Below are positions 36,750-46,314 of a stretch of DNA of 64,000 bases, piece by piece. Made by a program: the position numbers and the translations under genes. Source of the stretch: Clostridia bacterium. Lineage in GTDB: Bacteria > Bacillota > Clostridia > Oscillospirales > SIG627. The stretch spans positions 45,443 to 109,442 of the forward strand of contig JAFUKG010000043.1 of NCBI GenBank assembly GCA_017467865.1, read 5' to 3'. Below the pieces are notes generated by a model. The model was given only the letters and a program-made list of their open reading frames with translations. It was not told where the DNA came from and made no database searches. The stretch's first letter is position 1, and each line of letters starts with the position of its first letter.

Positions 36750-36863
36750 AGTATGCGCTCCTTTCTTATTTCTGATTTTATTTTATCATAGTTTTTTTAT
36801 TTTTGCAACCAAAACATTGATTTAAAGGTGAATTTGTGATACCATATCTACGAGGTGAAATAA

Positions 36864-37778
36864 ATGATATTTAGCAATATAACCGAGCTTATAGGAAAGA
36901 CGCCTCTGCTGTGCGCTTCAAGGTATGCCGAGAAAACGGGAGCAGGCTGTGATATATTATTAAAGCTTGAATGCTTTAACCCTGCAGGGAGCATCAAGGA
37001 CAGAGTTGCTTTCAATATGCTGAAAAACGCTTTGAACAGCGGTATTATAAATAAAGGGGCTGTAATCATTGAGCCCACAAGCGGTAACACGGGTATAGGA
37101 CTTGCCATGGCAGGCGCTTACTATGGTATGAGAGTAATTCTTACCATGCCCGACACCATGAGCATAGAAAGGCGCAAAATACTGTCGGCTTACGGGGCTG
37201 AAATTGTACTGACACCCGGTAGTGAAGGCATGAAAGGGGCAATAGCAAAAGCCGAAGAAATAAGAGATAATACTCCAAACTCCTTCATCCCCTCTCAATT
37301 TGACAATCCTGCAAATCCCGAAGCCCATTATCTTACAACAGCACCCGAAATATGGAAGGACACAGAAGGGAATTTTGACATCCTCGTAGCAACCTTCGGC
37401 ACAGGGGGGACAGTGTCGGGAATAGGACGGTGGCTGAAGGAGAAGAAGGGCGAAATTGAAATAGTTGCGGTAGAGCCTGCCGACTCCCCTCTTGTTACAA
37501 AGGGAGTAGCGGGACCCCACAAGATACAAGGCATAGGTGCGAATTTCATTCCCGATAATTTAGACAGAACCGTTATAGATAAGGTTATGACGGCAGAAGC
37601 CGAAGAGTCCTTTGAGGCAATGCGTAAGCTGGCACGCTATGAAGGCTGCTTTGTGGGAATTTCATCGGGAGCGGCGCTCTCTGTTGCCCTAACACTCTCA
37701 AAGCTTCCCGAAAACAAGGGCAAGAAAATCGTTGTTATCTGCCCCGATACGGGAACGAGATATCTGTCAGAAATGTAA
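36864..37778 (+). CDS. cysK: Cysteine synthase A (O-acetylserine sulfhydrylase)
   Basis: NPAGSIKDR PLP-lysine motif, TSGNTGIGLA and GTGGT loops. Confidence 0.9.
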   Translation: MIFSNITELIGKTPLLCASRYAEKTGAGCDILLKLECFNPAGSIKDRVAFNMLKNALNSGIINKGAVIIEPTSGNTGIGLAMAGAYYGMRVILTMPDTMSIERRKILSAYGAEIVLTPGSEGMKGAIAKAEEIRDNTPNSFIPSQFDNPANPEAHYLTTAPEIWKDTEGNFDILVATFGTGGTVSGIGRWLKEKKGEIEIVAVEPADSPLVTKGVAGPHKIQGIGANFIPDNLDRTVIDKVMTAEAEESFEAMRKLARYEGCFVGISSGAALSVALTLSKLPENKGKKIVVICPDTGTRYLSEM

Positions 37779-37801
37779 AAAGAGCCTCAGGCTCTTTTTT
37801 G
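37779..37801 (+). terminator. cysK terminator
   Basis: AGAGCC-tca-GGCTCT with flanking A and T runs. Confidence 0.75.
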
Positions 37802-37811
37802 CTTTTCTGAC

Positions 37812-37906
37812 AATTGAAAATTGAAAGTTAAAAGTGAATAATTACGGTTGATTTTGCAGCGCAAAATCTTCCTTAATTCTGCATTATGCATTCTTCATTC
37901 TGCATT
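37812..37906 (+). repeat. Heptad-repeat palindromic element, copy C (complete, diverged left arm)
   Basis: AATTGAA/AATTGAA/AGTTAAA/AGTGAAT, AATTACGG, TTGATTTTGC-agc-GCAAAATC, then CCTTAATT and CTGCATT/ATGCATT/CTTCATT/CTGCATT. Confidence 0.8.
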
Positions 37907-37916
37907 ATAAATTAAG

Positions 37917-37943
37917 TAAAAAAAGCCCTTTCGGGCTTTTTTT
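37917..37943 (-). terminator. Terminator of the lipoprotein gene
   Basis: A-run, GCCC-tttc-GGGC, T-run. Overlaps the stop codon. Confidence 0.75.
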
Positions 37944-39429
37944 AACTTAATTTGTCGAAAGCTTTTATAATTACCTTAAAATGACTCCTTACCGAAGTAT
38001 ATTCTCTGGAGTAGTAGGACTCGAAGTTGGAGGAGCCTGAGGAGAACATATCGTTGAGGGTATAGGCAAAGCCCTTGAAGCCGTCGTAAACGTAGCCAAA
38101 GTCGAAGAGACGGTTGTTGATGATTATATCAAGCATCTTCTTGGACTCGTTGTCTCTGAGGTATCTTGTTTTAAGTGCTATCTCGTAGAAGGTAGGAATT
38201 ACCTGCTTGTAGGACTCGGCGGAAAGCGCCTCGATACAAGTTCCTACAAATTCGGTGTCCTTAACTGTCTTGGGTACCGCGAGGATAGTGTGCTCTCCGT
38301 AGGCAAGAGTGTGATAGTCGTCCTGTGCTTCGTTAAACTTGGGAAGAGGAAGAATTCCATACTCGTCGTCGAAGTTACGGTAGTTGGTAGCGGTAAGCTC
38401 GCCGAGAGTTACAACGCCGAAGATACCCTTCTTGGAAAGGAACATATCTGTAAAGCTGGAGCCTGCTTTTTCAAGGTCAACGCCGTAGCATACGCCCTGA
38501 GTATTGAAGCAGTAATCGTATAGAGTCTGGATAATATTATTAATCTTATCGGACTTAAATGCAAGAGTGGGAACGCCCTCTTCATTCTTTCTCATAATGG
38601 GATTGTCGAAAGCGTAGAGCCACTGATTAAGCTGGTTTGCATCACCCTGAATCATTCCGTAGAAGTCACCTGCCGACTTTTCTCCGTCGCCGTCGTTATC
38701 GGTGTAAACGTCCTTTATAAGGTCGTAGAAATAATCGTATGTCCAATCTCCGCTTTCAACCACCTCATAAAGATTACCGAGGTCATAGGAGTTAGCGAGA
38801 TTTTTATTGAAGATAAGGCAATAAGTACAAGCAACTGCGGAATAGTTGAAATCGGAGATAGCGAAGATACACTTGCCGTCATAGGTAAGCTCATCGGAAG
38901 TGGATGCCGCCCACCAAGGCTTTGAAAAATCAACGTTGGGAATATCGTACCAGTTGAGGAAAAGGTTCTTGGAAACGATACCTGCCGACGCCATAACGTG
39001 GTGAACGAGAAGGTCGAATTCGTCAGAGCCTGACAAAACGGTCTTGGATACCCAGTCGGCAACCTCACTTGTACCGCCTGTGAAAACGGGCTTTAATACA
39101 AAGTTGAAGCGGTTTTCTGCGGTAGTGGTTCTTGAAACCATAGCGTCTACAATAAGGTTACCCTTATTTGCGCTTTCGGGGTCGGGGTAGAAGTCGGAGG
39201 TCTTATGACCTGCTATTCTGAAGGTTCTGCCTTCAAAATCGTATTCGGGAAGCTCGTCGTCAACTGCGGCACGCTCCTCAAAGATATCTCCCTCGGCAAA
39301 GGTTTTGTCCCCTTGGGGAGTAACTATGGGATCGGTATCGGGCGCTTCTTCTTCGTTGCAGGAAGCAAGAAGAATAACCGACGAAAGCATCATAACAAGT
39401 GAAAGCAACAAAGCTGTAAATCTTTTCAT
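37942..39429 (-). CDS. Large extracellular solute-binding-like lipoprotein (orphan)
   Basis: 495 aa with lipobox LLASC. The size and pattern are those of family-1 sugar SBPs, but no permease or ATPase genes are adjacent. Confidence 0.65.
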   Translation of the reverse strand: MKRFTALLLSLVMMLSSVILLASCNEEEAPDTDPIVTPQGDKTFAEGDIFEERAAVDDELPEYDFEGRTFRIAGHKTSDFYPDPESANKGNLIVDAMVSRTTTAENRFNFVLKPVFTGGTSEVADWVSKTVLSGSDEFDLLVHHVMASAGIVSKNLFLNWYDIPNVDFSKPWWAASTSDELTYDGKCIFAISDFNYSAVACTYCLIFNKNLANSYDLGNLYEVVESGDWTYDYFYDLIKDVYTDNDGDGEKSAGDFYGMIQGDANQLNQWLYAFDNPIMRKNEEGVPTLAFKSDKINNIIQTLYDYCFNTQGVCYGVDLEKAGSSFTDMFLSKKGIFGVVTLGELTATNYRNFDDEYGILPLPKFNEAQDDYHTLAYGEHTILAVPKTVKDTEFVGTCIEALSAESYKQVIPTFYEIALKTRYLRDNESKKMLDIIINNRLFDFGYVYDGFKGFAYTLNDMFSSGSSNFESYYSREYTSVRSHFKVIIKAFDKLS

Positions 39430-39669
39430 TTTTTTCTCCTTAAAGCGTAGTTTTACAAGATGAATTATATCACACCAAAGAGTTTCAATTCAATGGTTAA
39501 AGTACACAAAATTAGCACATCGATTTTTACTTCCAAAATCATTAAAAAATCTCCGTTTTTTCGATATTTTATACTTTTTAAAAAATGGTGTTCCCTCTGT
39601 CTCAAAGGCAGGGCAATCAGCATAATATAAAACGAGGATGAAAAAAGATATGAAAGGAACACTCAGAAG

Positions 39670-40458
39670 ATGGATAATGATTTTCTTATAGTTTCATCAG
39701 ACGGCAATCCCGACAGAAGAATGGACTTTCTCACGTCGGCACTCTCGAAGAAGGAAAGAGTTTACACGATCAGCTCTCCCGAAGAGGTTATGGGTTATAA
39801 AAGGCCCGTTATTATACTCCCTTTTTTCATAAAAGATGAAAGAGTGAAGGAAATTATCTCTTTTGCGCCAAGGGGAACCGCGGTATTCGGAGGGCATGCA
39901 GGCGAGCTGACGCGGGAAGCTGTTGACAGCGGCGGGCTTGACTACACCGATATTCTCGAGGAGGAGCAGTTTTGCCGTGATAACGCGCTTATTACGGCGG
40001 AGGGTGCGCTTTCTCTTATTATAAATTCCACCGAAGAAACCCTTTATTCTATGAGGGTGGCGGTGCTTGGATATGGAAGAATAGGAGAAAGGCTTACCCG
40101 AATGCTGCTGGGACTTGGGGCAACGGTAAGAGTTTTTTCTTCAAACGAAGAGGAAGTGTCAAGGGCAAAAACACGGGGTATTTCCGCCTGCCATCTATGG
40201 CAAAGGGATAATATGGAAATATTCCGTGCCGTTGTCAACACCGTTCCGCTGAGGCACGTAATAGATGAAGACACTCTTATGTCGCTAACAGAGAGCGCCT
40301 ATATCCTCGACCTTGCAAGCGGAGAAAACAACGTAAACTGGAAGGTGATGAACGCCCTTAAGCTGAAAGGAGAAAAGGCAAGCTCTCTTCCCGCAAAGGT
40401 TTCTCCAAAATCTGCGGCACTTGCCGTAGAAAGAGCAATTTTCAGACATTTAAACTAA
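39670..40458 (+). CDS. spoVFA: Dipicolinate synthase subunit A
   Basis: 262 aa with the NAD-binding motif VAVLGYGRIGERL. Followed by the flavoprotein B subunit. Confidence 0.85.
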   Translation: MDNDFLIVSSDGNPDRRMDFLTSALSKKERVYTISSPEEVMGYKRPVIILPFFIKDERVKEIISFAPRGTAVFGGHAGELTREAVDSGGLDYTDILEEEQFCRDNALITAEGALSLIINSTEETLYSMRVAVLGYGRIGERLTRMLLGLGATVRVFSSNEEEVSRAKTRGISACHLWQRDNMEIFRAVVNTVPLRHVIDEDTLMSLTESAYILDLASGENNVNWKVMNALKLKGEKASSLPAKVSPKSAALAVERAIFRHLN

Positions 40459-40467
40459 GGAGCTAAA

Positions 40468-41040
40468 ATGAAAAAGCTGAAACTCGGTTTTGCCATTACA
40501 GGCTCTTTCTGTACCATAGAGAGGGTACTCGAGGAAATGGGAGAGCTTTGTCATGAAAAGTATGACATTACCCCCATACTCTCCCCGATAGTCGCAACCA
40601 CAGGAAGCAGGTTCATGGAGCTAAATGACCTTTACGACAGGCTAAGTATGATAACAGAGAACACACCTATCACCACCATTCATACTGCCGAACCCATAGG
40701 CCCGAAAAAGCTCTTTGACGCTATTGTGGTTGCTCCCTGCACGGGAAATACGCTTTCAAAGCTTGCCCTTGGAATAACCGACACCTCGGTTACAATGGCG
40801 GTGAAAGCAGGACTTAGAAACGAGATACCCATCGTCATAGCCCCATCCACAAACGATGCCTTAGCGGCTACCCACAAAAACATAGGGCTTTTGATGAATA
40901 TGAAAAACATATACTTTGTACCCTTCTCGCAGGATGCCCCCGAGGACAAGCACCGTTCAATGGTGGCAGATTTCTCACTTATTGAAAAAACTCTCGAAAA
41001 GGCTCTTGAGGGTGTACAGATTCAGCCTATCATAAAGTAA
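40468..41040 (+). CDS. spoVFB: Dipicolinate synthase subunit B
   Basis: 190-aa flavoprotein-type protein (LGFAITGSFCT; APCTGNTLSKLA). Confidence 0.9.
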   Translation: MKKLKLGFAITGSFCTIERVLEEMGELCHEKYDITPILSPIVATTGSRFMELNDLYDRLSMITENTPITTIHTAEPIGPKKLFDAIVVAPCTGNTLSKLALGITDTSVTMAVKAGLRNEIPIVIAPSTNDALAATHKNIGLLMNMKNIYFVPFSQDAPEDKHRSMVADFSLIEKTLEKALEGVQIQPIIK

Positions 41041-41047
41041 TTAAGGA

Positions 41048-41095
41048 GCTGTAAAAAACTCGAAACAGAGTTTTTTTACAGCCCCTTATTTTTTG
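41048..41095 (+). terminator. spoVF terminator
   Basis: GCTGTAAAAAACTC-gaaaca-GAGTTTTTTTACAGC, then a T-rich tract. Confidence 0.65.
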
Positions 41096-41124
41096 TTGAC
41101 TTTTCAACAAAAATATAGTAAAAT
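41096..41124 (+). promoter_or_regulatory. Putative sigmaA promoter with an overlapping palindrome
   Basis: TTGACT, 17-nt spacer, TAAAAT. The palindrome TTGTTGA-cttt-TCAACAA spans the -35 element. Confidence 0.5.
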
Positions 41125-41168
41125 GTTAATGTTTGTTAAACAAAATATTACATAATTCGGAGGACAAA

Positions 41169-42068
41169 ATGGCTGACAGAAAAAGAAGATGGGGTGACCG
41201 TAAGGACGGTTACCGCGTAAGAAACCTTGATTCCATGCACGTTATTGCCCCCTTGATAATGCCCAACCGTACCGACAACGAAGCGGTTATGACAGAAACT
41301 ATTGATATTACCGCTTTGAACAAATATCTTGAAAAGAAAAATTATGAAGGTATTGATTTTAAATACACGTTTTTTCACGTGATACTTGCTGCTCTTGCGA
41401 AAACCGTTGTTCTCAGACCGAGAATGAACAGGTTTTACGTAGGGCCCAAGCTCTTTGACAGAAAGGACATTATTTTCTCCTTCGTTGTTAAAAAGCAGTT
41501 TGAGGACGATGCTCACGAGGCGTTAGCGCTTGTAAAGATAGAGCCCGACTCCGATGTATCACCCATTGAGCAAATTTATTCAAAAGTTAAGAAGTTCGTT
41601 TGCTCGGTAAGACGCGAAAACAAGCAGGACAAGACCTCGGATATAATGGACGCCCTTGTTACAAAGCTTCCATCACCTATTTTGCGTTTTGTTTTCAAGG
41701 TCCTTCACTGGCTTGACTATCACGGTCATTATCCGTCGTTCCTTATGACTGAGGACCCTTATTTTTCGACTGCTTTTATTTCAAATTTGGGCAGTATAAA
41801 GATGAAAGCCAACTACCACCACCTTGCAAACTGGGGAACTAACTCCTTCTTTGTAATTGTGGGAGAAAAGCACAAAAAGGCATTCCCCACCGAGGACGGC
41901 GGTGTTGAATGGAAAGAGGTTATAGATTTGGGTCTCACTATCGACGAGAGAATTGCCGACGGTGTATATTTTGCGAAGAGCCTGAAAATTTTCCGTGAGC
42001 TTATAGCAAATCCCGAGCTTCTCGAGAAGAACATAAAAGAAGACGTTGAAACAGGAGATAAAAAATGA
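41169..42068 (+). CDS. 2-oxoacid dehydrogenase E2-like acyltransferase, catalytic domain only
   Basis: 299 aa counted from MADRKRRWGDRKDG. C-terminal DERIADG, a variant of the DHRxxDG active-site motif. No lipoyl domain. Confidence 0.7.
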   Translation: MADRKRRWGDRKDGYRVRNLDSMHVIAPLIMPNRTDNEAVMTETIDITALNKYLEKKNYEGIDFKYTFFHVILAALAKTVVLRPRMNRFYVGPKLFDRKDIIFSFVVKKQFEDDAHEALALVKIEPDSDVSPIEQIYSKVKKFVCSVRRENKQDKTSDIMDALVTKLPSPILRFVFKVLHWLDYHGHYPSFLMTEDPYFSTAFISNLGSIKMKANYHHLANWGTNSFFVIVGEKHKKAFPTEDGGVEWKEVIDLGLTIDERIADGVYFAKSLKIFRELIANPELLEKNIKEDVETGDKK

Positions 42069-43780
42069 AAGAGACAAGAACGCCTTGGCTTGACAACTAC
42101 GGAGACACTCCCGCTACCCTTGAATATCACAAGGGCACCATGTGGGACCTTGTTTCTGAGGTAGCCGACAAATACCCCTCTTACGTTGCCTATGAATTCA
42201 TGGGTGCAAAAACCACTTACAGAGATTTCAAAAAGAAGGTAGAGCTTTGTGCAAGAGCTCTTAAGGCGATAGGTGTCAGACAAAACGACAGAGTAACTAT
42301 TTGTATGCCCAACTGTCCTCAAGGCGTTATTATGTTTTACGCCGTGAATATTGTAGGCGCTGTGGCTAATATGATTCACCCTCTGTCAAGTGAGAACGAG
42401 ATAGAGTTTTATCTCAAAGAGTCAAACAGCCTTTACGCTATTACTCTCGACCAGTTCTACAACAAGTTCGAGGCAATCAGACAGAACGTTAATCTTGAGA
42501 ACATCATAATAGCAAGCATCAAGGACGCCCTTTCTCAGCCCATCAAGGCGGGATACATGCTCACCGAGGGCAAGAAGATAAAGAAAATTCCCGCCGATGC
42601 TCCCATTATCCGCTGGAATAAGTTCTTAAGCTACGGACTCAGCTACCATTGGAAATACAGAGCTGACAAAAAGGCAGAGGACCCTGCGGTTATTCTTTAC
42701 AGCGGAGGTACTACGGGCACTACAAAGGGTATCCTTCTTTCCAACCTTAACTTTAACGCCCTTTCCGCACAGATTATTGCCACAAATAATATGTTCCGCC
42801 CCGGTGATAAAATGCTGGCGGCGATGCCTATTTTCCACGGCTTTGGTCTTGGAGTAAGCATTCACTCTATGCTTGCTAACGGCGGACGCTGTCTGCTTGT
42901 TCCCCGTTTTACTCCCGCAAGTCTTTCTAAGCTTATCAAGAAGGCAAGATGTAATTTCATCGCAGGCGTTCCCACTCTCTTTGAGGCATTCTTGCGTCAG
43001 GATTCTATGAAGGACGCAGACTTATCCTGCCTTAAGGGTGTATTCAGCGGCGGAGACTCACTTTCTATCGAGCTGAAAAAAAGATTTGACAAGTTCCTTT
43101 ACGACCACAATGCTAAAATTCAAATCAGAGAAGGCTATGGTATGACCGAGTGTGTTACTGCAAGCTGTCTCACTCCCTCGCATATGTTCAAGGAAGGCAG
43201 TATCGGTCAGCCCTTCCCCGACACCTTTTACACCATAGTTGACCCCGGAAGCATAAACGAGGTAGAATATGGAGTTGAGGGTGAAATTTGTATCTCAGGT
43301 CCTACGGTTATGATGGAATATATCAATCATCCCGAGGAAACCGCCGAGACTCTCAGGGTTCACGAGGACGGAAGGACTTGGGTACATACAGGCGACCTCG
43401 GTTATATGGACGATGAAGGATTTGTTTACTTCAAGCAGAGAATAAAGAGAATGATTATAACAAGCGGTTATAACGTTTATCCCTCCCAGCTTGAAAATAT
43501 CCTCGACGCTCACGAGCTTGTACAGATGAGCTGCATCATCGGTGTTCCCGACCCCTATAAGATGCAGAAGGTAAAAGCTTTCGTTATGCTTAAAAGCGGT
43601 GTGGAGCCCTCAGACGAGAACAAGCAGATTCTTCTTTCCTACTGCCGAAAGAATATTGCCAAATACGCTATGCCCTATGACATAGAGTTCCGCGAGACTT
43701 TACCCAAGACACTTGTGGGTAAGGTGGCATACAGACAGCTTGAGGAAGAAGAGCTTAAAAAATACGAAACTGTAAAATAA
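42065..43780 (+). CDS. AMP-dependent acyl-CoA synthetase/ligase
   Basis: YSGGTTGTTKG AMP-binding motif, GYGMTE, TGDLGYMDDEG and a C-terminal GKVAYRQL. Its ATG overlaps the upstream stop (ATGA). Confidence 0.9.
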   Translation: MKETRTPWLDNYGDTPATLEYHKGTMWDLVSEVADKYPSYVAYEFMGAKTTYRDFKKKVELCARALKAIGVRQNDRVTICMPNCPQGVIMFYAVNIVGAVANMIHPLSSENEIEFYLKESNSLYAITLDQFYNKFEAIRQNVNLENIIIASIKDALSQPIKAGYMLTEGKKIKKIPADAPIIRWNKFLSYGLSYHWKYRADKKAEDPAVILYSGGTTGTTKGILLSNLNFNALSAQIIATNNMFRPGDKMLAAMPIFHGFGLGVSIHSMLANGGRCLLVPRFTPASLSKLIKKARCNFIAGVPTLFEAFLRQDSMKDADLSCLKGVFSGGDSLSIELKKRFDKFLYDHNAKIQIREGYGMTECVTASCLTPSHMFKEGSIGQPFPDTFYTIVDPGSINEVEYGVEGEICISGPTVMMEYINHPEETAETLRVHEDGRTWVHTGDLGYMDDEGFVYFKQRIKRMIITSGYNVYPSQLENILDAHELVQMSCIIGVPDPYKMQKVKAFVMLKSGVEPSDENKQILLSYCRKNIAKYAMPYDIEFRETLPKTLVGKVAYRQLEEEELKKYETVK

Positions 43781-43883
43781 TGCGGGATGTTAAAATCGTC
43801 CGGAACGCAAAAAAGAAATGAAAATAAAACAGATAGGTCATTAAATCTATATTACATTATAAGCTTGCCTAATTTGTAATGTA

Positions 43884-43908
43884 AAAAATCTCAAAAATGA
43901 GATTTTTG
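43884..43908 (+). terminator. Terminator of the ligase gene
   Basis: AAAAATCTCA-aaaa-TGAGATTTTT. Confidence 0.65.
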
Positions 43909-44024
43909 AAGTTATTATATTCTTTTTTGCTATGAACAAACTTCACCTCTCGACGTACACTTGTACGCCTTCGGGTTCAGTTTGTCCATTCCAAACAATT
44001 TTTCCTATCCCTTGACAAAAATAT

Positions 44025-44903
44025 ATGCTGACAAAAGAAAAAATACAAAAATACAATCGTGAAATACTCAACCGCATAGCGGCTTTTATGAACTATTCCT
44101 CGGATTTTATAACGGGTGACATAATCGACGAGCTTGTGAACGACTGCGGAGTTGACAGAAAGTACGCTTTCAGTCTTGTCCTCGCCTCTGCCTGTTACAT
44201 GAATATAAACGACAGTGAAGAGGATAGGGAGATGTTTGAAAACTATTTTCCCGAAATGATTCACTATCTGAAAAAAGAGGACTATGACAGCGACCCGTAC
44301 TACAAAAATATAAAGGTAACTCCCGTAAAAGAGAGGGAATGGGAATTCAAGGAAGCCGTTATCAAGCCCTATGAGCTCATTCCTCTTGACGATTTGAAGG
44401 AGACCCAGGACGGAAGGATAATTCCTCAGGTAGCTTTTTTCGACTGCGAGTTTCCCTACCCTGTTATTTTAGAAAAGGGTGTGGAGTGGATGCTTGTCAC
44501 TCCCAACGAGGTAGAAACCATGCGTGAGGGAATAGAAAAAGCATCGGGCAAGGTAGCGACCTACGGCTTGGGACTTGGATATTTCCCTTATATGACGTCA
44601 ATTATGGACAGAGTGTCAAGCGTTACTGTTGTGGAGCGTGACGAAAGCGTAATTGATATCTTCAAGCGCTTTATACTTCCTCAGTTCCCACATCCCGAAA
44701 AGGTGAAAATAGTTTCAGCCGACGCCTTTGACTATGCTGAAAAGACGGCACCGAAGGAGAATTTTGACTATATCTATATAGATATATGGCACGACCCCTC
44801 TGACGGAGTAGATATGTACAAACGCTTTAAGGAATTAGAGAAGCTTTGTCCTGATACAAGGTATGAATACTGGATAGAAAAGACAATGAAGCACTATATG
44901 TAA
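44025..44903 (+). CDS. Hypothetical protein with a methyltransferase/spermidine-synthase-like C-terminal half
   Basis: YGLGLGY glycine loop, VVERDE acidic residue and IYIDIWHD. No clear RBS, so the start is uncertain. Confidence 0.5.
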   Translation: MLTKEKIQKYNREILNRIAAFMNYSSDFITGDIIDELVNDCGVDRKYAFSLVLASACYMNINDSEEDREMFENYFPEMIHYLKKEDYDSDPYYKNIKVTPVKEREWEFKEAVIKPYELIPLDDLKETQDGRIIPQVAFFDCEFPYPVILEKGVEWMLVTPNEVETMREGIEKASGKVATYGLGLGYFPYMTSIMDRVSSVTVVERDESVIDIFKRFILPQFPHPEKVKIVSADAFDYAEKTAPKENFDYIYIDIWHDPSDGVDMYKRFKELEKLCPDTRYEYWIEKTMKHYM

Positions 44904-44930
44904 AAGGGAGGCTTAAAAGCCTCCCTTTTA
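44902..44930 (+). terminator. Bidirectional hairpin terminator
   Basis: AAAAGGGAGGC-ttaaaa-GCCTCCCTTTT, including the stop codon. Confidence 0.7.
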
Positions 44931-44951
44931 ATGTAGAATGCAAAATTAAGG
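44930..44951 (+). repeat. Heptad-repeat element, copy D (truncated)
   Basis: AATGTAG/AATGCAA then AATTAAGG. Overlaps the stop of the convergent lipoprotein gene. Confidence 0.6.
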
Positions 44952-45548
44952 TAAATCGAAGCAATGGGGAGAAACGTACCAGCCGTCGTCCTTGATGAAT
45001 ACCATGTAAAGCTCTTCGTTTACGGTTTCGTCCTTAATAAGCGTTCCGTCGGCTGCAACACCATAGGTGTGAACGGAATAGGTCTGAGCCTTCATCGCCT
45101 CAATTGTGCTAAGTGTCATATAGCAATAATCGGACAGCTCCTTTGTGAGAGTATTGTATTCATCCCCCGTAATCTCTCTTTCGCTTACAAATTCATACTC
45201 TATATGGAATTCCGAATACTCGTACTCCTCGTCGCGAAGAGAGTGTACGGTTTCGGTTGCGTTTGCGATAGCGATATCAAAGGTTTCGTCGTCGTACTCA
45301 AGGAGTGCCTGATAGCCCTTTCGCCATTCTGTAGGGAAAGCTAAAATATAGTTTTCAAAGCCGTCCTCGGTTTTAAGAGAATAATAGCAAGCTACCGACT
45401 CCTCTTCGGTTGTATTGGTAAGTGGGTCGTATGCATTTTCTGCGTCGGCATTTTCGGGTGTTTCAGGTGTCTGAGGTTCTTCTGCGCAGGATACGAGCAG
45501 AAGAAGGATAGCGCCGAGAATAGTAATTAAGAATATTAATCTTTTCAT
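44946..45548 (-). CDS. Hypothetical lipoprotein
   Basis: MKRLIFLITILGAILLLLVSC lipobox. Start placed at ATG 45548 after AAAGGAG; the longer track ORF runs into the repeat element. Confidence 0.65.
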   Translation of the reverse strand: MKRLIFLITILGAILLLLVSCAEEPQTPETPENADAENAYDPLTNTTEEESVACYYSLKTEDGFENYILAFPTEWRKGYQALLEYDDETFDIAIANATETVHSLRDEEYEYSEFHIEYEFVSEREITGDEYNTLTKELSDYCYMTLSTIEAMKAQTYSVHTYGVAADGTLIKDETVNEELYMVFIKDDGWYVSPHCFDLP

Positions 45549-45564
45549 AAAAACTCCTTTTTTG

Positions 45565-45664
45565 AAAAAGTGGCTATCAGCCACTGGCATATCTCGCCTA
45601 TCGTAATGTTTCTTTTACCTAAAAAAGCAAAACGGCGAGGTCGATTTTAATGCAATTTCATAGT
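45565..45664 (-). repeat. Conserved terminator-capped noncoding element, copy 2
   Basis: Core 45584-45642 matches 10132-10191 (first 24 nt identical). On the minus strand it ends in the hairpin GTGGCT-gat-AGCCAC followed by TTTTT. Confidence 0.6.
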
Positions 45665-45698
45665 AAATAAAAGGCCGTGACAAAAATCTGTCACGGCT
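45665..45698 (-). terminator. rplT operon terminator
   Basis: GCCGTGACA-aaaatc-TGTCACGGC, followed on the minus strand by CTTTTATTT. Confidence 0.75.
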
Positions 45699-45708
45699 AA
45701 ATGTGTCT

Positions 45709-46062
45709 TTAAAGGGCTGCTTTTGCCTTTTCAACAAGTGCTGCAAATGCTTCCTTGTCGCTTACTGCAATCTCAGCGAGCATCTTTCTGTTAAGGTCGA
45801 TACCAGCCTTCTTGAGACCGTTCATAAATCTTGAATAGTTGATACCGCAAACCTTACACTGTGCAGAGATACGAGTAATCCAAAGAGAACGGAAATCTCT
45901 CTTCTTCATCTTTCTTCCTGCGAATGCGTAGTTGCCGCTCTTCATTACCTGCTGTTTAGCCATCTTGAAGTGCTTGCTCTTTGCGCCCCAGTATCCTTTT
46001 GCGAGTTTAAGAACTTTATTTCTTCTCTTGCGAGTCATCATCGCGCCTTTTACTCTTGCCAT
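45709..46062 (-). CDS. rplT: 50S ribosomal protein L20
   Basis: [29 protein letters not shown] is canonical L20. Confidence 0.97.
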   Translation of the reverse strand: MARVKGAMMTRKRRNKVLKLAKGYWGAKSKHFKMAKQQVMKSGNYAFAGRKMKKRDFRSLWITRISAQCKVCGINYSRFMNGLKKAGIDLNRKMLAEIAVSDKEAFAALVEKAKAAL

Positions 46063-46098
46063 TTTAATTTCCTCCTAAATTATCTTTCTTATCGGTGC

Positions 46099-46296
46099 TT
46101 ATGCGTAGGGAAGGATAGTTTTGATGTTACGAGCAGTTGACTCGCTCATGTATCCTGCCTTACGAAGGCTTCTAAGACGCTTTGAAGGCTTGTTACCTGT
46201 CTTATGTCTGCGTCCCATGTGGTTCATCTTCATTTTTCCGCTCTTTGTAAGAGTAAATCTCTTTGCTGATGCCTTATGGCTCTTGATTTTTCCCAT
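46099..46296 (-). CDS. rpmI: 50S ribosomal protein L35
   Basis: MGKIKSHKASAKRFTLTKSGKMK is canonical L35. Confidence 0.95.
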   Translation of the reverse strand: MGKIKSHKASAKRFTLTKSGKMKMNHMGRRHKTGNKPSKRLRSLRKAGYMSESTARNIKTILPYA

Positions 46297-46314
46297 AATT
46301 ATATCTCCTTAAAA

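Noticed and set aside
36750-36863. Possible riboswitch or T-box leaders upstream of cysK, the amino-acid ABC operon and murC
   Set aside because: The leaders are short (about 100 nt or less) or plain AT-rich with no recognisable conserved cores. The thrS leader lies outside the window.
39465-39662. 65-aa minus-strand ORF in the spoVFA upstream region, and a CATAATATA sigmaK-like -10 at 39621-39629
   Set aside because: The ORF has no RBS and an implausible composition. The sigmaK-like match consists of a -10-like box only, with no convincing -35, which is too weak to annotate.
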